64,000 bases of DNA from Eremomyces bilateralis CBS 781.70 (lineage: Eukaryota), in the NCBI GenBank assembly GCA_010015585.1, contig ML975150.1. The stretch is one strand, 5' to 3'. A program made the translations under genes and the position numbers. Under the pieces are notes generated by a model that did no database searches, had not been told where the DNA came from, and worked only from the letters and a program-made list of their open reading frames with translations. This document shows, one piece after another, positions 12,941-25,462 of the stretch. Each line of letters opens with the position of its first letter. Positions within the stretch are counted from its first letter, which is position 1.

Positions 12941-14236
12941 ATGGCCATTCCCAACGGTGTTCCTGAGAAGGAGACTTTCCTCTTCACCTCCGAGTCTGTC
13001 GGTGAAGGTCATCCCGACAAGATCTGGTAAGTTTGTAGTGGAATTCCATGGTTGATCCATGGTTGATGTCGCCATCGGGGTTGCTGACCGCTCTTGTAAC
13101 AGCGACCAAGTCTCAGACGCCATTCTTGATGCCTGCCTCAAGGATGACCCCCTTTCCAAGGTCGCTTGTGAATCTGCCTCCAAGACCGGCATGATCATGG
13201 TCTTTGGTGAAATTAGCACCAAATCCCATCTGGACTACCAGAAGGTCATCCGCGACACCATCAAGGATATCGGCTACGATGACTCCTCCAAGGGCTTCGA
13301 CTACAAGACCTGCAACGTCTTGGTCGCCGTCGAGCATCAATCCGTCGATATCGCTCAGGGTCTGCACTACGAGCAGGCTCTGGAAAACCTTGGTGCTGGT
13401 GACCAGGGGATCATGTTCGGCTATGCCACCGACGAGACCCCCGAATTGCTTCCCTTGACCGTCATCCTCTCCCACAAGCTCAATGCGTACATGGTGAAGG
13501 CCCGCAAGAGCGGCGAGCTCCCATGGCTCCGTCCCGACACCAAGACTCAGGTTACTATCGAGTATGCTCATGACGGAGGCGCTGTCAAGCCCCTTCGCGT
13601 TGACACCATCGTCGTCTCCGCCCAGCATAGCGATGACATCTCCACTGAGCAGCTCCGAAAGGAGATCCGAGAGAAGGTCGTCAATAATGTCATTCCCGCC
13701 GAGCTCCTCGACGATAAGACCAAGTACTTCATCCAGCCTTCAGGTCGCTTCGTCATTGGTGGTCCCCAGGGCGACGCCGGCTTGACTGGCCGCAAGATGT
13801 AAGCTAGTTCCTCGCCTGTTCCCAGACTTCGCTAACAACATTCAGCATCGTCGACTCCTACGGTGGATGGGGTGCCCACGGTGGTGGTGCTTTCTCCGGG
13901 AAGGATTACTCCAAGGTCGATCGATCAGGTGCTTATGTCAGCCGCTGGATCGCCAAATCCCTCATCAAGGCCGGCCTTGCCCGCCGCTGCCTCGTCCAGC
14001 TCTCCTACGCCATCGGTATCGCCGAGCCCCTGTCGATCTTTGTCGACTCTTACGGCACCTCCGACCTGAGCTCTAAGCAGCTCGTCGAAATCATCAACAA
14101 GAACTTCGATCTCCGACCGGGTGTCATTGTCAAGGAGCTTGGCCTTGCCCGTCCCATCTACTACCAGACCGCGAAGAACGGCCACTTCACGAACCAATCC
14201 TTCCCGTGGGAGCAGCCTAAGGAGCTCGTGCTCTAA
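12941..14236 (+). CDS. SAM2: S-adenosylmethionine synthetase
   Basis: Motifs [49 protein letters not shown] and [16 protein letters not shown]. Introns 13027-13102 and 13799-13845. Strong C-ending codon bias suggests high expression. Confidence 0.98.
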
Positions 14237-14711
14237 GCCGCGACCGTCACTTCCGCATGCCCTGCGATTCTCGAAAGCGGTTCAACATTAATGGGGTAAT
14301 TTCGATTATTTCCTATCCGGCGTTTAAAGTGCGAGCGTTAATAGATCCAACCCAAAAGTCTTGCGGTAATAAGGCTTTTTCCCTTCACCATTGCATGTCA
14401 GGGCCGGCCATTCAACATTGAAGATACCCAAATATCATCTGCGGGTCACAGGCGTTATAGAGAAGTTCAACATTTCTCTGCATCTTGTTTCGTGAGCGAC
14501 TATCGGATCAGATAGACGCCGGGACAATGGGGGTCGGCTACAATATGTGCGCGAGGATGGCATGCTTGAATTCAGGCAGCCATCATCCAAGGATTTCTTC
14601 TACGATAAAACATCACACCACCATCTTCGCATGGAAAGTCCGAAAGGGGCTTCATGCCCAATCTACAATTCAGCGGTTACCTTCTGTCGAGCGACTCTCC
14701 CATGGTATACA

Positions 14712-15393
14712 TCATGCCATTCTCTTCTTCATCTCGTCAACCGTCCCAGTGAACGGCTCTTTCCCGCCTCCCCAGTGATTCCAGTACTTCGGCCCAGCGA
14801 TCCAGTCCGTCACCCCGTCGATCCCATTCTCCATGAATATCCCCCCGGCGCGGCGGCGTATTTCCTTACTCACCCCGCCCTTTCTCTCACACCACGTCCC
14901 ATGCTTCGTCGTCACCTCCGTCCCCGGCACTTTCCCCCCACAAAACACCTCCTCATCCAGCGTCCCCAACCACATCTCCGTGTCGGCGCTGTCGTCGTAC
15001 AAAAAGCAGATCCTGTCCCTCGTCAGCAGCTGAGGCCGTGGCTCGGCCGGAGCGTTGAACGCATCGCATCACGTACGAGCTGCCGCAATGGATGCAGAAT
15101 CCGCGCTGGGCAACGGTGGAGGACCGGTAGAGCTTGAAGGCGGGGTTTCTTTGCAAGGGCGGACTGACGTTTTTGGTCGGTATCGTGGCGGCCACGGGGA
15201 TGAGTGCGCCGCTATGCTTCCTGCACATGGTGCAGAGGCAGATGGCGTTCTACTTGCATTTAGTCGCTGCGTTCCGCATCCGATGTCGGCGTACTTTGGG
15301 GGGAGGCCATTCTCCCGCTTCGGAGGTGATGGTGTATCGGATTGCCTCGCAGAGGCAGCCGCCGGTGATGGTTTGTGGCTGGGGATGGGACAT
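14712..15393 (-). CDS. GFA / CENP-V / Mss4-like zinc-binding protein
   Basis: The spliced product has GGCLCEAIRY..ICLCTMCRKHSG..RGFCIHCGSS, the CxC/CxCxxC/CxxC pattern of GFA domains. Introns 15250-15294 and 15013-15076. Confidence 0.85.
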
Positions 15394-16208
15394 TGTGATT
15401 TGATTGATCTCTAGAATCTGAATTTGGTTTTGGCGTTCTAATTTTGGATACTGTGGTTGGTCGGGTTTAGGTTGAGTTTATATTATAACCCTTATGTGAC
15501 ATTGAAAGGGCGTGCCAAGGCCGGCGAGGTGTGATGTCACTGGATTCAATTGAGTTGAGTTGTGCAGAGATAGGTAAGTATCCAATGACAGAGTAGGAAA
15601 AGATCTACGATGCTGTGCACTGCGACGATCAATCCTTGTTAGTAGTTCGCCACGAACTTCCACCTTCCCATACTCTTTGATATCAGTCATGTTCAGTCGC
15701 TGACCTTGCGGTGTTGCGCGTGTTCCAGTACCAGGCGTTCCGGGCCTGCTTAGTACTTCTAATATCATTCATCAACCTCCCAATTTGCTTTTAGGGATAC
15801 TCACATATCCAATCATTGAAGCACTCCTTCCCTCATTTGCTTCAACGGCATGTCCACGTACAAAGTCCTTGCAGCAGTACTCGTCTGCTATGTCACAATC
15901 TCATTACGTCCAACCACCTTGTGCTTCCGGATCATCTTCGAATACCCCTTGATCAGCCCCTCTTGCAGATGGATGTCCGACCAGATGAAACGGCTAGGCA
16001 GAACTCAGCTCGGTGAGAGCCAGATTCTTGCAAGACATATAACAGGTCACTGTTGAGCGATTGAGAAGAGGGAGTCAGAGCCCAAGCAACGACTTAAATT
16101 TGGTTAACTGCACTGAGGAGCATTTTTGCATATCGTCCATTTTCATGCCCTTAAGGATCCCCTGGCTTAAGAGGGTCATGACCCCGAGGTCAAAGAGTTG
16201 TCGGCAGC

Positions 16209-16733
16209 TCAGGCAGCTGGGGACGGCGCTTTGGATCCCAGGAGAAAATCGATCTTCCTTAGTGGTACGCCAGCGTCCCTCAAGATCAAGTACGCCGTCG
16301 TAACATGGAAGTAAAAATTCGGGAGCGCATATGTCAATATGAAGGCCACTCCCGGGAGCTTGTACTCCGTGAACGGGACTTCGACGATCTTCTCCTCCAC
16401 ACCCTCGAAGGCGCTCGCCTTCACCTCCTCGAGGTACTTCACGGTGTTGACGATCCGTTCGTGCAAGTCCGCGAAGGTTTTCTCCTCGTCGGGGAAGCTA
16501 ACGGGCGCCACGTCATTGCCCACGCGGTGGGCGGTGCCTTTAGCGGTGTCGGAGGCTCGTTGGATCTGGTAGATCAGATTTCTCATGTCCTTAGCGAAAT
16601 GGGCGTCCAGGAGCGTTTGCGGGGAGATGGACTGTTCCTCAGCGTAGGCTTCGCCCTTCTTGAGGACATGGTCGAGGACTTCAAGGCCGCGAATGAAGGC
16701 GGGGATACTAATATCGTATAGGGAGACCGGCAT
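16209..16733 (-). CDS. DUF1993 family protein (DinB/YfiT-like helical bundle)
   Basis: 174-aa intronless ORF with SLYDISIPAFIRGL..LKKGE..DMRNLIYQIQRASDTAK..YALPNFYFHVTTAYLILRDAGV, typical of DUF1993. Confidence 0.88.
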   Translation of the reverse strand: MPVSLYDISIPAFIRGLEVLDHVLKKGEAYAEEQSISPQTLLDAHFAKDMRNLIYQIQRASDTAKGTAHRVGNDVAPVSFPDEEKTFADLHERIVNTVKYLEEVKASAFEGVEEKIVEVPFTEYKLPGVAFILTYALPNFYFHVTTAYLILRDAGVPLRKIDFLLGSKAPSPAA

Positions 16734-17417
16734 ATTGAGGGACTGGTTTGATGAGGGAGCTCAAAGACACGTCCGCTAATGAAATGGAATTTGGTTGGGA
16801 CAATTAAAGGACTTGGAGAATGGTTTGAAAGATGCAAGGACAGCTTCGAGTAGTCCAAGTGAAATTGCCCACAATGCGTCTCTTTATAGTTCGTGACGGA
16901 CCAATACTGCACGGCACACACCCGCCCCAGGAATATTTGGCTCTTACAAATCCCATATTGATTCCGAGTTTCAGGCTTCAATTGCTCAAGCTCGGTCACG
17001 GACGAATCCGACGAATCCGACGGACCATTGAGACCATCCGATTCCGCCGGGGAGATATAGCGCCCGCAAGACGAGAACCCGAATCCCATAAACCTCATTG
17101 GGCGAAATACTTGCCGGAAAGTGACCGACTGAGAACGGAGAACAGTGCAAGACTATACACTTGTCCTCAAGAACTCGTGAAAAAGGACGAGTTGCGCTAG
17201 ACCTGGTAGTAGATGGGGGACGTAACCAGGATTGGAGAAGTTGAATTGGGCTCATTGACAAATCCAGGTACCCGCACAATGGATTCAAATACACCAGAAC
17301 AAGATTCATAATCATTATCCCAATTCCCATGAGGTACAGTACAGGCGTACAGCACTCTAATAATAGGTCAGCTAGCGACTTCGATGTTTGATGGCTGCCT
17401 TAGTGGAGCTACTACTA

Positions 17418-17841
17418 ACGTATTCCACAAGCGAGTGGCCCATACAAGCGAGTGGCCCAGCTCATTTTACTAGTAAATTCGACAAAATTCGATATCAATA
17501 TCTCAACAACCACTGGATAATATAGTCTGAAAACTTAGAGTTAGGTTTTCCTAGCCATTTCTAGCTTACTATTGAAATATTAAAGCCCTAGCTTTTACAG
17601 GTATAGAGATACCTACTTCTTGGCAAGATTTAGAGACCAAATCTCTATATCTTTATAACTATAAAAGATAAAGCTCTAAGATTCTAATAATAAGCTAGAA
17701 ATCGATAGGAAAACCTAATTCTAAGTTTTCAGACTATATTACCCAGTGGTTGTTGAGATATTGATATCGAATTTTGTCGAATTTACTAGTAAAATGAGCT
17801 GGGCCACTCGCTTGTATGGGCCACTCGCTTGTGGAATACGT
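17418..17841. mobile_element. Non-autonomous MITE / fold-back element, Tc1-mariner (Fot1/pogo-like) termini
   Basis: 424 bp flanked by TA (17416-17417 and 17842-17843). Both ends start ACGTATTCCACAAGCGAGTGGCCCATACAAGCGAGTGGCCCA, which contains an internal direct repeat. The first 99 bp are a perfect inverted repeat, with imperfect pairing to about 190 bp. AT-rich, no ORF. Confidence 0.92.
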
Positions 17842-18419
17842 TAGTTACCTTAGTCATTAACTAATTGTAGATAAACCGCATGGCGTCTCAAGTCTCAAGT
17901 CGGTCAATTTATAAGTAGCAATCTTCGAAGCTTTCAAATTCTCTAGCAATTGGGGGCAGAAACCCAGTGAATTTATTCCATCTGACTCACGATTACAAAT
18001 CCGAGTCGGGCAAGACTTCGGCCTTCAGCAACAGGCTCTACCCAACCGCATGGTGGAGATATTGGTGGATTGCTAAACAACCCGTACGGTAACCAGCGGT
18101 TGCCTTGTGAGGTTTTGCTGGCATGCTTTTGCCCATATCATACAGACACCTTTCGTATCGCGGACCCAGCTAGTCCGCATTGAGCATGACCATATAGCTG
18201 CTCTTCGTATCCTCTGCATGGGATATCTCCCAGAATGCTTCCACAGCGGTGCTTTGGTGGCGTGGGGAGTAATATGATATTCTCCCTGCACGATCCCTGT
18301 GCTTGTGAGGATACTACTGTGGCGGGTTGTGTAGACACGAGACCAGAACCCCTCGTTGGTTGTGTCGATATCGAGGCATTGAGACCCGCTATTATCTTGA
18401 ATGAGGCCAACCAGATATC

Positions 18420-20273
18420 TCAAGTTCCCCGGAGCTCGTTCTTGCTGCCGATATTCTTCTCCTTCTGCTTGCGTTCCGCCTCCAGCCGCTCTCTCTCCTC
18501 TTGCTCTTCCCGGAATTGTTTGTCAACTTCAGCTCGCAATTGCAGGTAATTGTCCGGCAGGCGGTCCATCTTGATAGTCGCGGTGTTTTGGATGAATCGT
18601 AACTGGGTATGGATGTTCTGTTTCATCATCTGCAAGTACTCCTTCGAGTGCAGATTTGGGTGACGTTTCGAGGGGTGGTTGGCGAGGTCGGGATACATTA
18701 GTCCGTCGCCGTTCTCTTCTCCAGTAAATGCCTGTCGATAAGGAACATGCCCAGGAATATGATTTTTAAGCGAAGCACCAACGCAGACAGATGTCTCGTG
18801 GCACCACGCGCGAGCCACGTTTCGCGGCGTGTAACCACCACCGCCAACCAGCATGAGCCGTCGGTTGTGGCATTTGGACTTGACAAATTCGATGCAGTAA
18901 CCGTGGGCTCTGATGTTGAGATTGAACTTGCCAAGTCGATCGCCACCCAAGCTATCAGCACCGCATTGCAGAACAATGGCACCGGGATTGAACGTCTCAA
19001 TGGCAGCACCGGTGATCTCGGAGAATAGATCCCGATACTGCTCATCGTCGATGCCATCGTGCAAGGGTACGTTCAGGGCCATCTTCCAGCCTGGATTTTC
19101 AATGCTTTCTGGTCCGGTTTCATCCATAGCTCCCGTACCAGGGAAGAAGTCGCCGAATTTGTGGTAGCTGAGAGTCATGACTCGATCGGTAGACCAAAAG
19201 GCTTGTTCAACACCATCTCCGTGGTGAACGTCGATGTCGACGTAGAGAACACGACTCTCCACAGTTAGCATCGCTTGAATAGCCAAGACGATGTCGTTGA
19301 TGTAGCAAAATCCGGAAGCTTCGTTTTTCTTGGCATGATGAAGTCCGCCGGACCAATTAATCGCGATGTCCGATTGTTTACTGATCAACTTTGCCGCCGC
19401 ATCGAAGGAGGCTCCGGCATATAGTCGACAATAATCCCACATTCCGTCGAATACTGGGCAGTCGTCTCCGAAGTTGAACCTTCCAAGATCGCCCATTTGC
19501 TCCATATTTTCGGGGGTAATGCTGTTAAGCAGTCAGCAGGTTAACCACTACTACCAATGATAGACGCTCACCTTGACAAGAAATTCAAATACGATTTCCC
19601 ATGGAATATTTCGAGCTCCTGCCTACTCGCTGGACGCGACACATACGTGTCCATGGCATATTGCAGCCCGTAGCCGAGCACGAGTTGCTTGGTGAGGGTT
19701 AATCGCCATGGCTTCATGGGATGCGATCGACCGAAATGATGGCCTTCAACTTTGGGGTTATAATGGAAAGACACATTATAACCCGTCGGTCGCTCGATGC
19801 CATTCTCATCCGCCTCTTTTTCGACAATGGCAAGTTTCTGTTCGTCGGTGAACCCTCTCCATGTCTCCAGGTCAATCAGCTGGGGGGGTTCAGGGCTCAA
19901 AAACGTTCTTGGAATGTCTGAGCCGTCCCATTCTTGAACGATTCCATTCCCCTTATGCTGAAGGAAATTACCCACTGGCATGCTACTGGTTCCAGAGCCA
20001 GCGAAGCCAGACTGACTTCGAAAGGGCAAATTGGACTATAATTCGGTGAGACAAGGGCCATAATAACGCTGTCAAGTTTCGTACCTGAAATTTCCGTGGC
20101 GTTGTTCCCTGGCCAGCCTCTTCTTCCTGGACTTGATTGAACTCTTGGGAAGCGGATAGAGATCTGGTGATTCTTCTCGAGGTGGATGGAGTTGACAAGT
20201 TCGCACGACTACCACAGGGTCGACCTCGAGACCTTGAAGGTCCCCTTGAACCGGAACTACGACGTGCAGGCAT
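18420..20273 (-). CDS. HOS2: Class I histone deacetylase HOS2 (HosA/HDC1-type)
   Basis: Motifs HHFGRSHPMKPWRLTL, NWSGGLHHAKKNEASGFCYINDIVLAI, YVDIDVHHGDGVEQAF, QCGADSLGGDRLG and GGGGYTPRNVARAW. Introns 19522-19571 and about 20036-20084. The start could be 20273 or 20336. Confidence 0.93.
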
Positions 20274-20328
20274 CAAGGCAACAAGAATTGCGTTCTTCAA
20301 TTGCGGCGCAGGGTGGCTTGACCGTAAG

Positions 20329-20620
20329 TGTGGCATAAAATGGGTTGAATTGTGGCGTAATGAGGATTGAAGTGTGGCGTTAGGCCATTTGAAACTTGCA
20401 GTGTGGCGTAAATCACGTGGTATCTCAGTTCAATGTCATGTGGTTATGGAGGACAAGTCAAGAAATCAGTCACCTATACCATGAGAGGATTCCTATGAAG
20501 TAGGGAGGGAAAAGAGCCAATTCAAATTACATCCACATTATCAGTTAAGTCATAATTCTTGTCAGCACTTCAACTCATTTCACTTCACCTCCAAAGGAAG
20601 TTCACTGAAAGTCACGTGAC
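20329..20620. promoter_or_regulatory. Bidirectional HOS2/YNG2 promoter with four TGTGGC(G/A)T boxes and two CACGTG E-boxes
   Basis: TGTGGC[GA]T at about 20329, 20351, 20373 and 20402; CACGTG at 20414-20419; palindrome GTCACGTGAC at 20611-20620. Function is inferred only. Confidence 0.4.
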
Positions 20621-20911
20621 GTTATATGCAACAACAAGCCCAATCCTTGTCACCCGTCATCCATCACCATAAGTTCGTGTTTGGACCTCAGAACCATCTC
20701 CACATCTCTCACTTCCCTCAACGTTTACAACGTTGAGAGTATCTCACGGGCCGCTAACAAGCGCATCAGTCATTCAAACGAAAAGATACTACTTTCCATA
20801 ATCTACAGCACTTCTTTCTTTTCATTCGTCTACCCATACGTATCTCTTTACTTCGCATCCTCCGCGCGGCGTGCAGACAACGTTTGGGATCGCCCAACCC
20901 CGCCACCTACC

Positions 20912-22237
20912 ATGGCCACCGCGGACGACCCAGCGACTGTCCTGGAGCAGTTTGTACATGATGGTAAGCCGAGATGGTGGCTACATAGACTGGAAGCCAT
21001 GTTCTGACCTTGACTTTCAGTTGCAAACTTGCCGGCCGAGGTTGCTCACTTATTTGAAGAGATGGAAGCAAAAGAAGAGATGATACGAGAATGTCTATCC
21101 ATAATCCATAATCGAGATACGAGTATTCAGAAGTTCATCAAGGCAAATGGGATTATGGCCAAAAATCCCAAAGAAGATGCCTACGTCAAGATTGTCTACC
21201 AACAGTATGACAAGGCAAAGGCCCTACAGGCGGAGAAGGTGGCATTTTCCGAGAAGGCGGCAGCGCTCTTGGACCGCCACATCAAACGTTTCGACGTCAA
21301 GGTTCGGGACCTCCAAAATGATGGCTCGATACCGCACGATCCACAGCTTCCTTCCCTCCTCCGTCCCTCCCCTGGCAACCTTGTCGCCCCCTCTACCTCC
21401 ACAACCAACACCGGCGCAAACACTCCACTACATCCTCTCTCGGTAAACGTCCCTGCCGGAAACATTGCCAATGCGGCTGTCGCTCGAATGGTTGCACAAG
21501 TCCATCTCGCTGGCGGTCCTGGAGGGACGGGAGCGGCAGCATCCGTACGACATGCTAGCCCTGCTGGTGCCGCCGGACCCCTTCACGGGTCACATCCCCT
21601 TGCGCATTCTATGAGCGCAGGTGCCGCACAGCGTACCCGAGAAATGAGTGTGGGCAGTGACACGAAGCGACGGCGTCTCAACTCAGCAGTCCCCACAGCT
21701 GGCTCCAGTTTACGTCAGAGCAGCTTGGGTCCCGGAACTCCAAAGGGCAGTGCACCAGCAAGTCGAGCTGGCAGCGTTCCTGCCTCTGGTTTGAAGAAGG
21801 GCACTCCCGCACAAACCAAGAAGCCTGGGACCAGTTCGCAGTTGGCCACCATGCGCAAGCGGCTAGTGAAAGGTCAACAGAAGAAGGCGCAGATGCGGCG
21901 CTTGGGACTCAAAGGCGCCTCGCCAAGCACTACAGGTGTCTCGGAAGACGAAAGCGGAACGGAGGCATCCGAAGGCTCGGACGACACAGCACTTCATGTG
22001 GGCCAGCATGACGGAGCAGCGGATGAGATGGACGAAGGGGAGGAAGAGGACGGCGACGACACCAAGTACTGCTTTTGCCAGAGCGTCAGCTACGGAGACA
22101 TGGTGGCTTGCGACAATGCGAACTGCAAATATCAATGGTTCCACTGGGGATGTATCGGGATTGATAAGGAACCTGTGGGAGACTGGTTATGCCCCGAATG
22201 CTCCAAGCTTCCACCGAGCCGAATCAAGAAGGCATGA
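20912..22237 (+). CDS. YNG2: ING-family PHD finger protein, NuA4 subunit YNG2
   Basis: N-terminal ING domain DDPATVLEQFVHDVANLPAEVAHLFEEM (intron 20964-21020) and a C-terminal PHD finger YCFCQSVSYGDMVACDNANCKYQWFHWGCIGI..WLCPEC. Confidence 0.9.
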
Positions 22238-24018
22238 AGATGGTCTCGCTGTCATTCTTCGACTAGCTTCTATGAAGCTAGATAGCTATCACCTTCCGCG
22301 GCCCGGCGAATTTCACCCGCGAACATACATTGTGGACTGGAGAACTTTGCGGAAACGGAACGACGAGGAGCCCTAAAGGATGCTGTGTTCCGAATTCCGA
22401 TCTACCTCCTGGCGGTCTAGGCGAGGCTTAGCTGCGTCGACAAGCATTTTGCTTGCGTGACGTTTTATCCAGATGGTTGCAAAAGAAAGGCTTCAACAAC
22501 GCCTTGGGCGCATATCCATGATCCAGAGCAGATGAGGATCGGCCTTGAGCATCGCATGTCACGCAAAGCGTACGAATTTCCTCCTAATTGCCATACCAAG
22601 AATGGCCACTTTCATGAATAGTTTAGATACCCATCAGAAATTGATCACTATGAAACCAACCTTTGGGCCAGTCAGCGGGTTGTGCACTCACTACCTAGTC
22701 CATACCCCATGGGTATCCCGCCTTCCATTCCTTTCTACGTTTTAGATACCTATCCCGCTGTTCAGCCGAGCCGCTTGCTGTAGATGACCAGTGTATGGAT
22801 CCAGTTGGTTCCCACTTGTAGCCCATCAGAAGCGATGCGTGGGTCTCAGGTCGTTCAAAGTCCTGCCTTTGCAGTCTGACGCACATAACTCCTCGGCACA
22901 TTCTCGCCTCCCAGTTATCGCTAGGTGTGGTCAAGACTTAGATTTCCCATTTCGTCCTTTTGTGGAGGTTCACGGCCATGTGGGTTAACTGCCAAATCCT
23001 TCTATATCTCCACAGCAGAGCCTTCTCTTGTTACATAGTCAGTGAGTGATGAATATTACTTGATTATGGTGCGATCGAGAGGAACAAAATACAAATGCTA
23101 AGCTTTCTCTAAACCTGGTCAAGTTAGAACCCGACCTCGGTAGTATCGACCCGGAGCTGAGCCTCACTCCACAATCCAATATCGAACATCTTCATCCTAA
23201 CCTAATTAGGCCCGCCTCCTGGGGACAACCCTTGACCTTGCAATCCATCTGTCTCCGTCACCTTGATTAAAAATGAACGAGGAAGGAATCTCTCAATTAT
23301 AACGCAATCCTGCGTCCACGATCCGTGGCCTTGGTCCAAATAAGCAAACGCCATAAATCTGTGACGCAACTTGGCTACTCTGGGCAAAGAGCGGCGCACC
23401 AGGATGAATTACCTTGATGATATCAAATGAGCTTCGCATTTCTGTTTCTTACATACCGGTCCGCCCGGATACGCCCCACACAAGAGCATGGAGGACTCGC
23501 AGTTTCTGATAGCCTAACTGGTCAGCCGCGGGGCCCCTCATAGTTGTGGACTGTGGAGTGTGGACTCTCTCCATGGCTTCCAAGATTCCCCTGCACCCTT
23601 CGATGCCTCGCTAACAAGGTAAGTAGATGAAGCGGTACCAGAGAGTGCCCCGAATTCCGCCCTGGAGACTACAATGTAGTGGCCAGTGTTATGGATGATG
23701 GCTAGGTAGGAAGCTGGATGGTAGTTCCCTGGCTGTCTTCTTCATAATGCCTTGCAATTTGTACCTGCATCTCTCCCAGACATACTACAGCCGTCAAACA
23801 GGGAGGCGATATATGATAGACCCGCAATAGAGTAGTCGTGGAGATACACGCATACACGCCGCGGACATCCGTTAAATCCTATGGTGTGCCCTCTTTCATC
23901 GAGCATCTTCTCATTCTTGACAGACGCTTTCCTCTCATTCCAAAGTCCGTCTCTTTCTCAATACTACTCTCCATTTTGTCTTTAGCCCTAGTGAGAATTA
24001 ATTCATACATCTTCAACT

Positions 24019-25226
24019 ATGTTGGACGGATCACCTGGACGTGGCGTCATGGAGTTGGGAGTAACAGAAGCGGTTCAGAAGCATGTCCACCGTCATGTAA
24101 TCGAGAGGCATCCTGTTACCCAAAGACGCCTGGCTTTCGAACATTCCAGGCCCAGGCTTCTGCGAGAAATGGCAGCTGAAGCAACCGGAGTGTTTATCTA
24201 CGGTACGAATGACCGTTAGAAACACCAAAGCACACTGAATGTACTGACTGAGTGGAACAGTCTATCCCGGGATTGCATCTACCGCCTCATTTACGCTCAA
24301 TCACATGGAAGCCCAATTCAGTTCGATCTTCCAGATCGGCTGGGCGTACGCACTTGGCATAGCGTTTGCTATCATCACTTCTGCTGCAACATCGGGTGGT
24401 CATTTCAGTCCGGTATGACCTTAACTTAATCAACGACGCGCTCGGACTCGAGCCTAACAATCTTAAACAGGGTATCACGCTTTCCCTCGCTATCTTTCGT
24501 GGCTTCCCTTGGAAGAAAGTCCCCTTCTACATCGCTGCCCAGATTTTCGGTGCTTTCCTCGCTGGTGTCCTCTTAATGGGACAATACCACGAGCAAATCT
24601 CTCTGTACGCGGCGACGACCACGAAGGCCGGTCTGGGCACTGTATTCAATGGAGGCCCAGCCAGCATTTTGGTCACTCTGCCTATGCCAACCCAGACTAA
24701 CCAAGGATCTCTCGTCCTGATCGAGTTCTTCGTCGATACTTTCTTGGTAAGTTGGTATTTCCGATCGATCGCCGCTGGCAATGGAGAGAGAACCTGGTAC
24801 TAACGCTCACAGGGCCTGGTTATCTGGTCTGTCCTCGACCCTGGCAACCCGTTCATTCATCCAGCTGGCGCCCCCTTCGTTGTTGGTCTTGCATACGCTG
24901 CTATGATCTGGGGCTTCGCTCCCGCCACCATCTCGACGAACATGGCTCGTGATCTCGGTTGTCGCCTCGCCGCCGCCGTCTTCTACGGATGGGATGTTTT
25001 CAGCTACATGAACTACTCGTGGATCTCCATCATCATCAACATCCCGGCCACGTTGGTTGCCGTGTCTTACTATGAGGTTGTGATGCGTGATAGTTTGGAT
25101 CGAATCGCGAAGGGCGTCACTCGACATGAGAGCGGAGACGAGGGCTTGTACCGCCATCTGAGCAAGACTGGCAAACTTGACCGTCCGCAGCAAGATGAGT
25201 ATAGTGAATTTAGCTCAAAGTCATAG
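24019..25226 (+). CDS. MIP-family aquaglyceroporin with non-canonical NPA boxes (SPG / NMA)
   Basis: Motifs REMAAEATGVF, SGGHFSP|GITL, FPWKKVPFYIAAQIFGAF and STNMARDLGCRL. Introns 24203-24260, 24413-24470 and 24747-24812. Confidence 0.9.
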
Positions 25227-25462
25227 GCGCTTTGTTTGAATCAGGCTTGGCTACAGAGCTCAGTCTAGGAGTGTAAATGGATGCGACTGCAAACATAGGC
25301 ATCGCACCAGATAGAGAGAAGAATGGCGCAATATTGATGGGAAGACTGGTGAGAAGATGTTCCTGTATGTATATAGTTTTCTGAACTGTCTCGGTGTTGA
25401 CTCGGCAAATTTAATTCTAGAGGCGATGGACTCGTTTTCGCGTGGACGTGACAGTGTGACTA

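Noticed and set aside
13046..13102. Tandem CCATGGTTGAT x2 and an in-frame ATG in SAM2 intron 1 (ORF-track start 13059)
   Set aside because: Lies inside a canonical intron; a protein starting there would lack the essential [10 protein letters not shown] motif.
14456..14464. TATAGAGAA downstream of SAM2, resembling the METTL16 nonamer UACAGARAA that regulates SAM synthetase mRNAs in animals
   Set aside because: It mismatches at the conserved C and has no flanking hairpin, and neither intron acceptor matches the motif.
17418..17460. Short direct repeats that might suggest a CRISPR-like array
   Set aside because: Only two adjacent copies per end with no spacers; they are sub-terminal repeats of a eukaryotic MITE.
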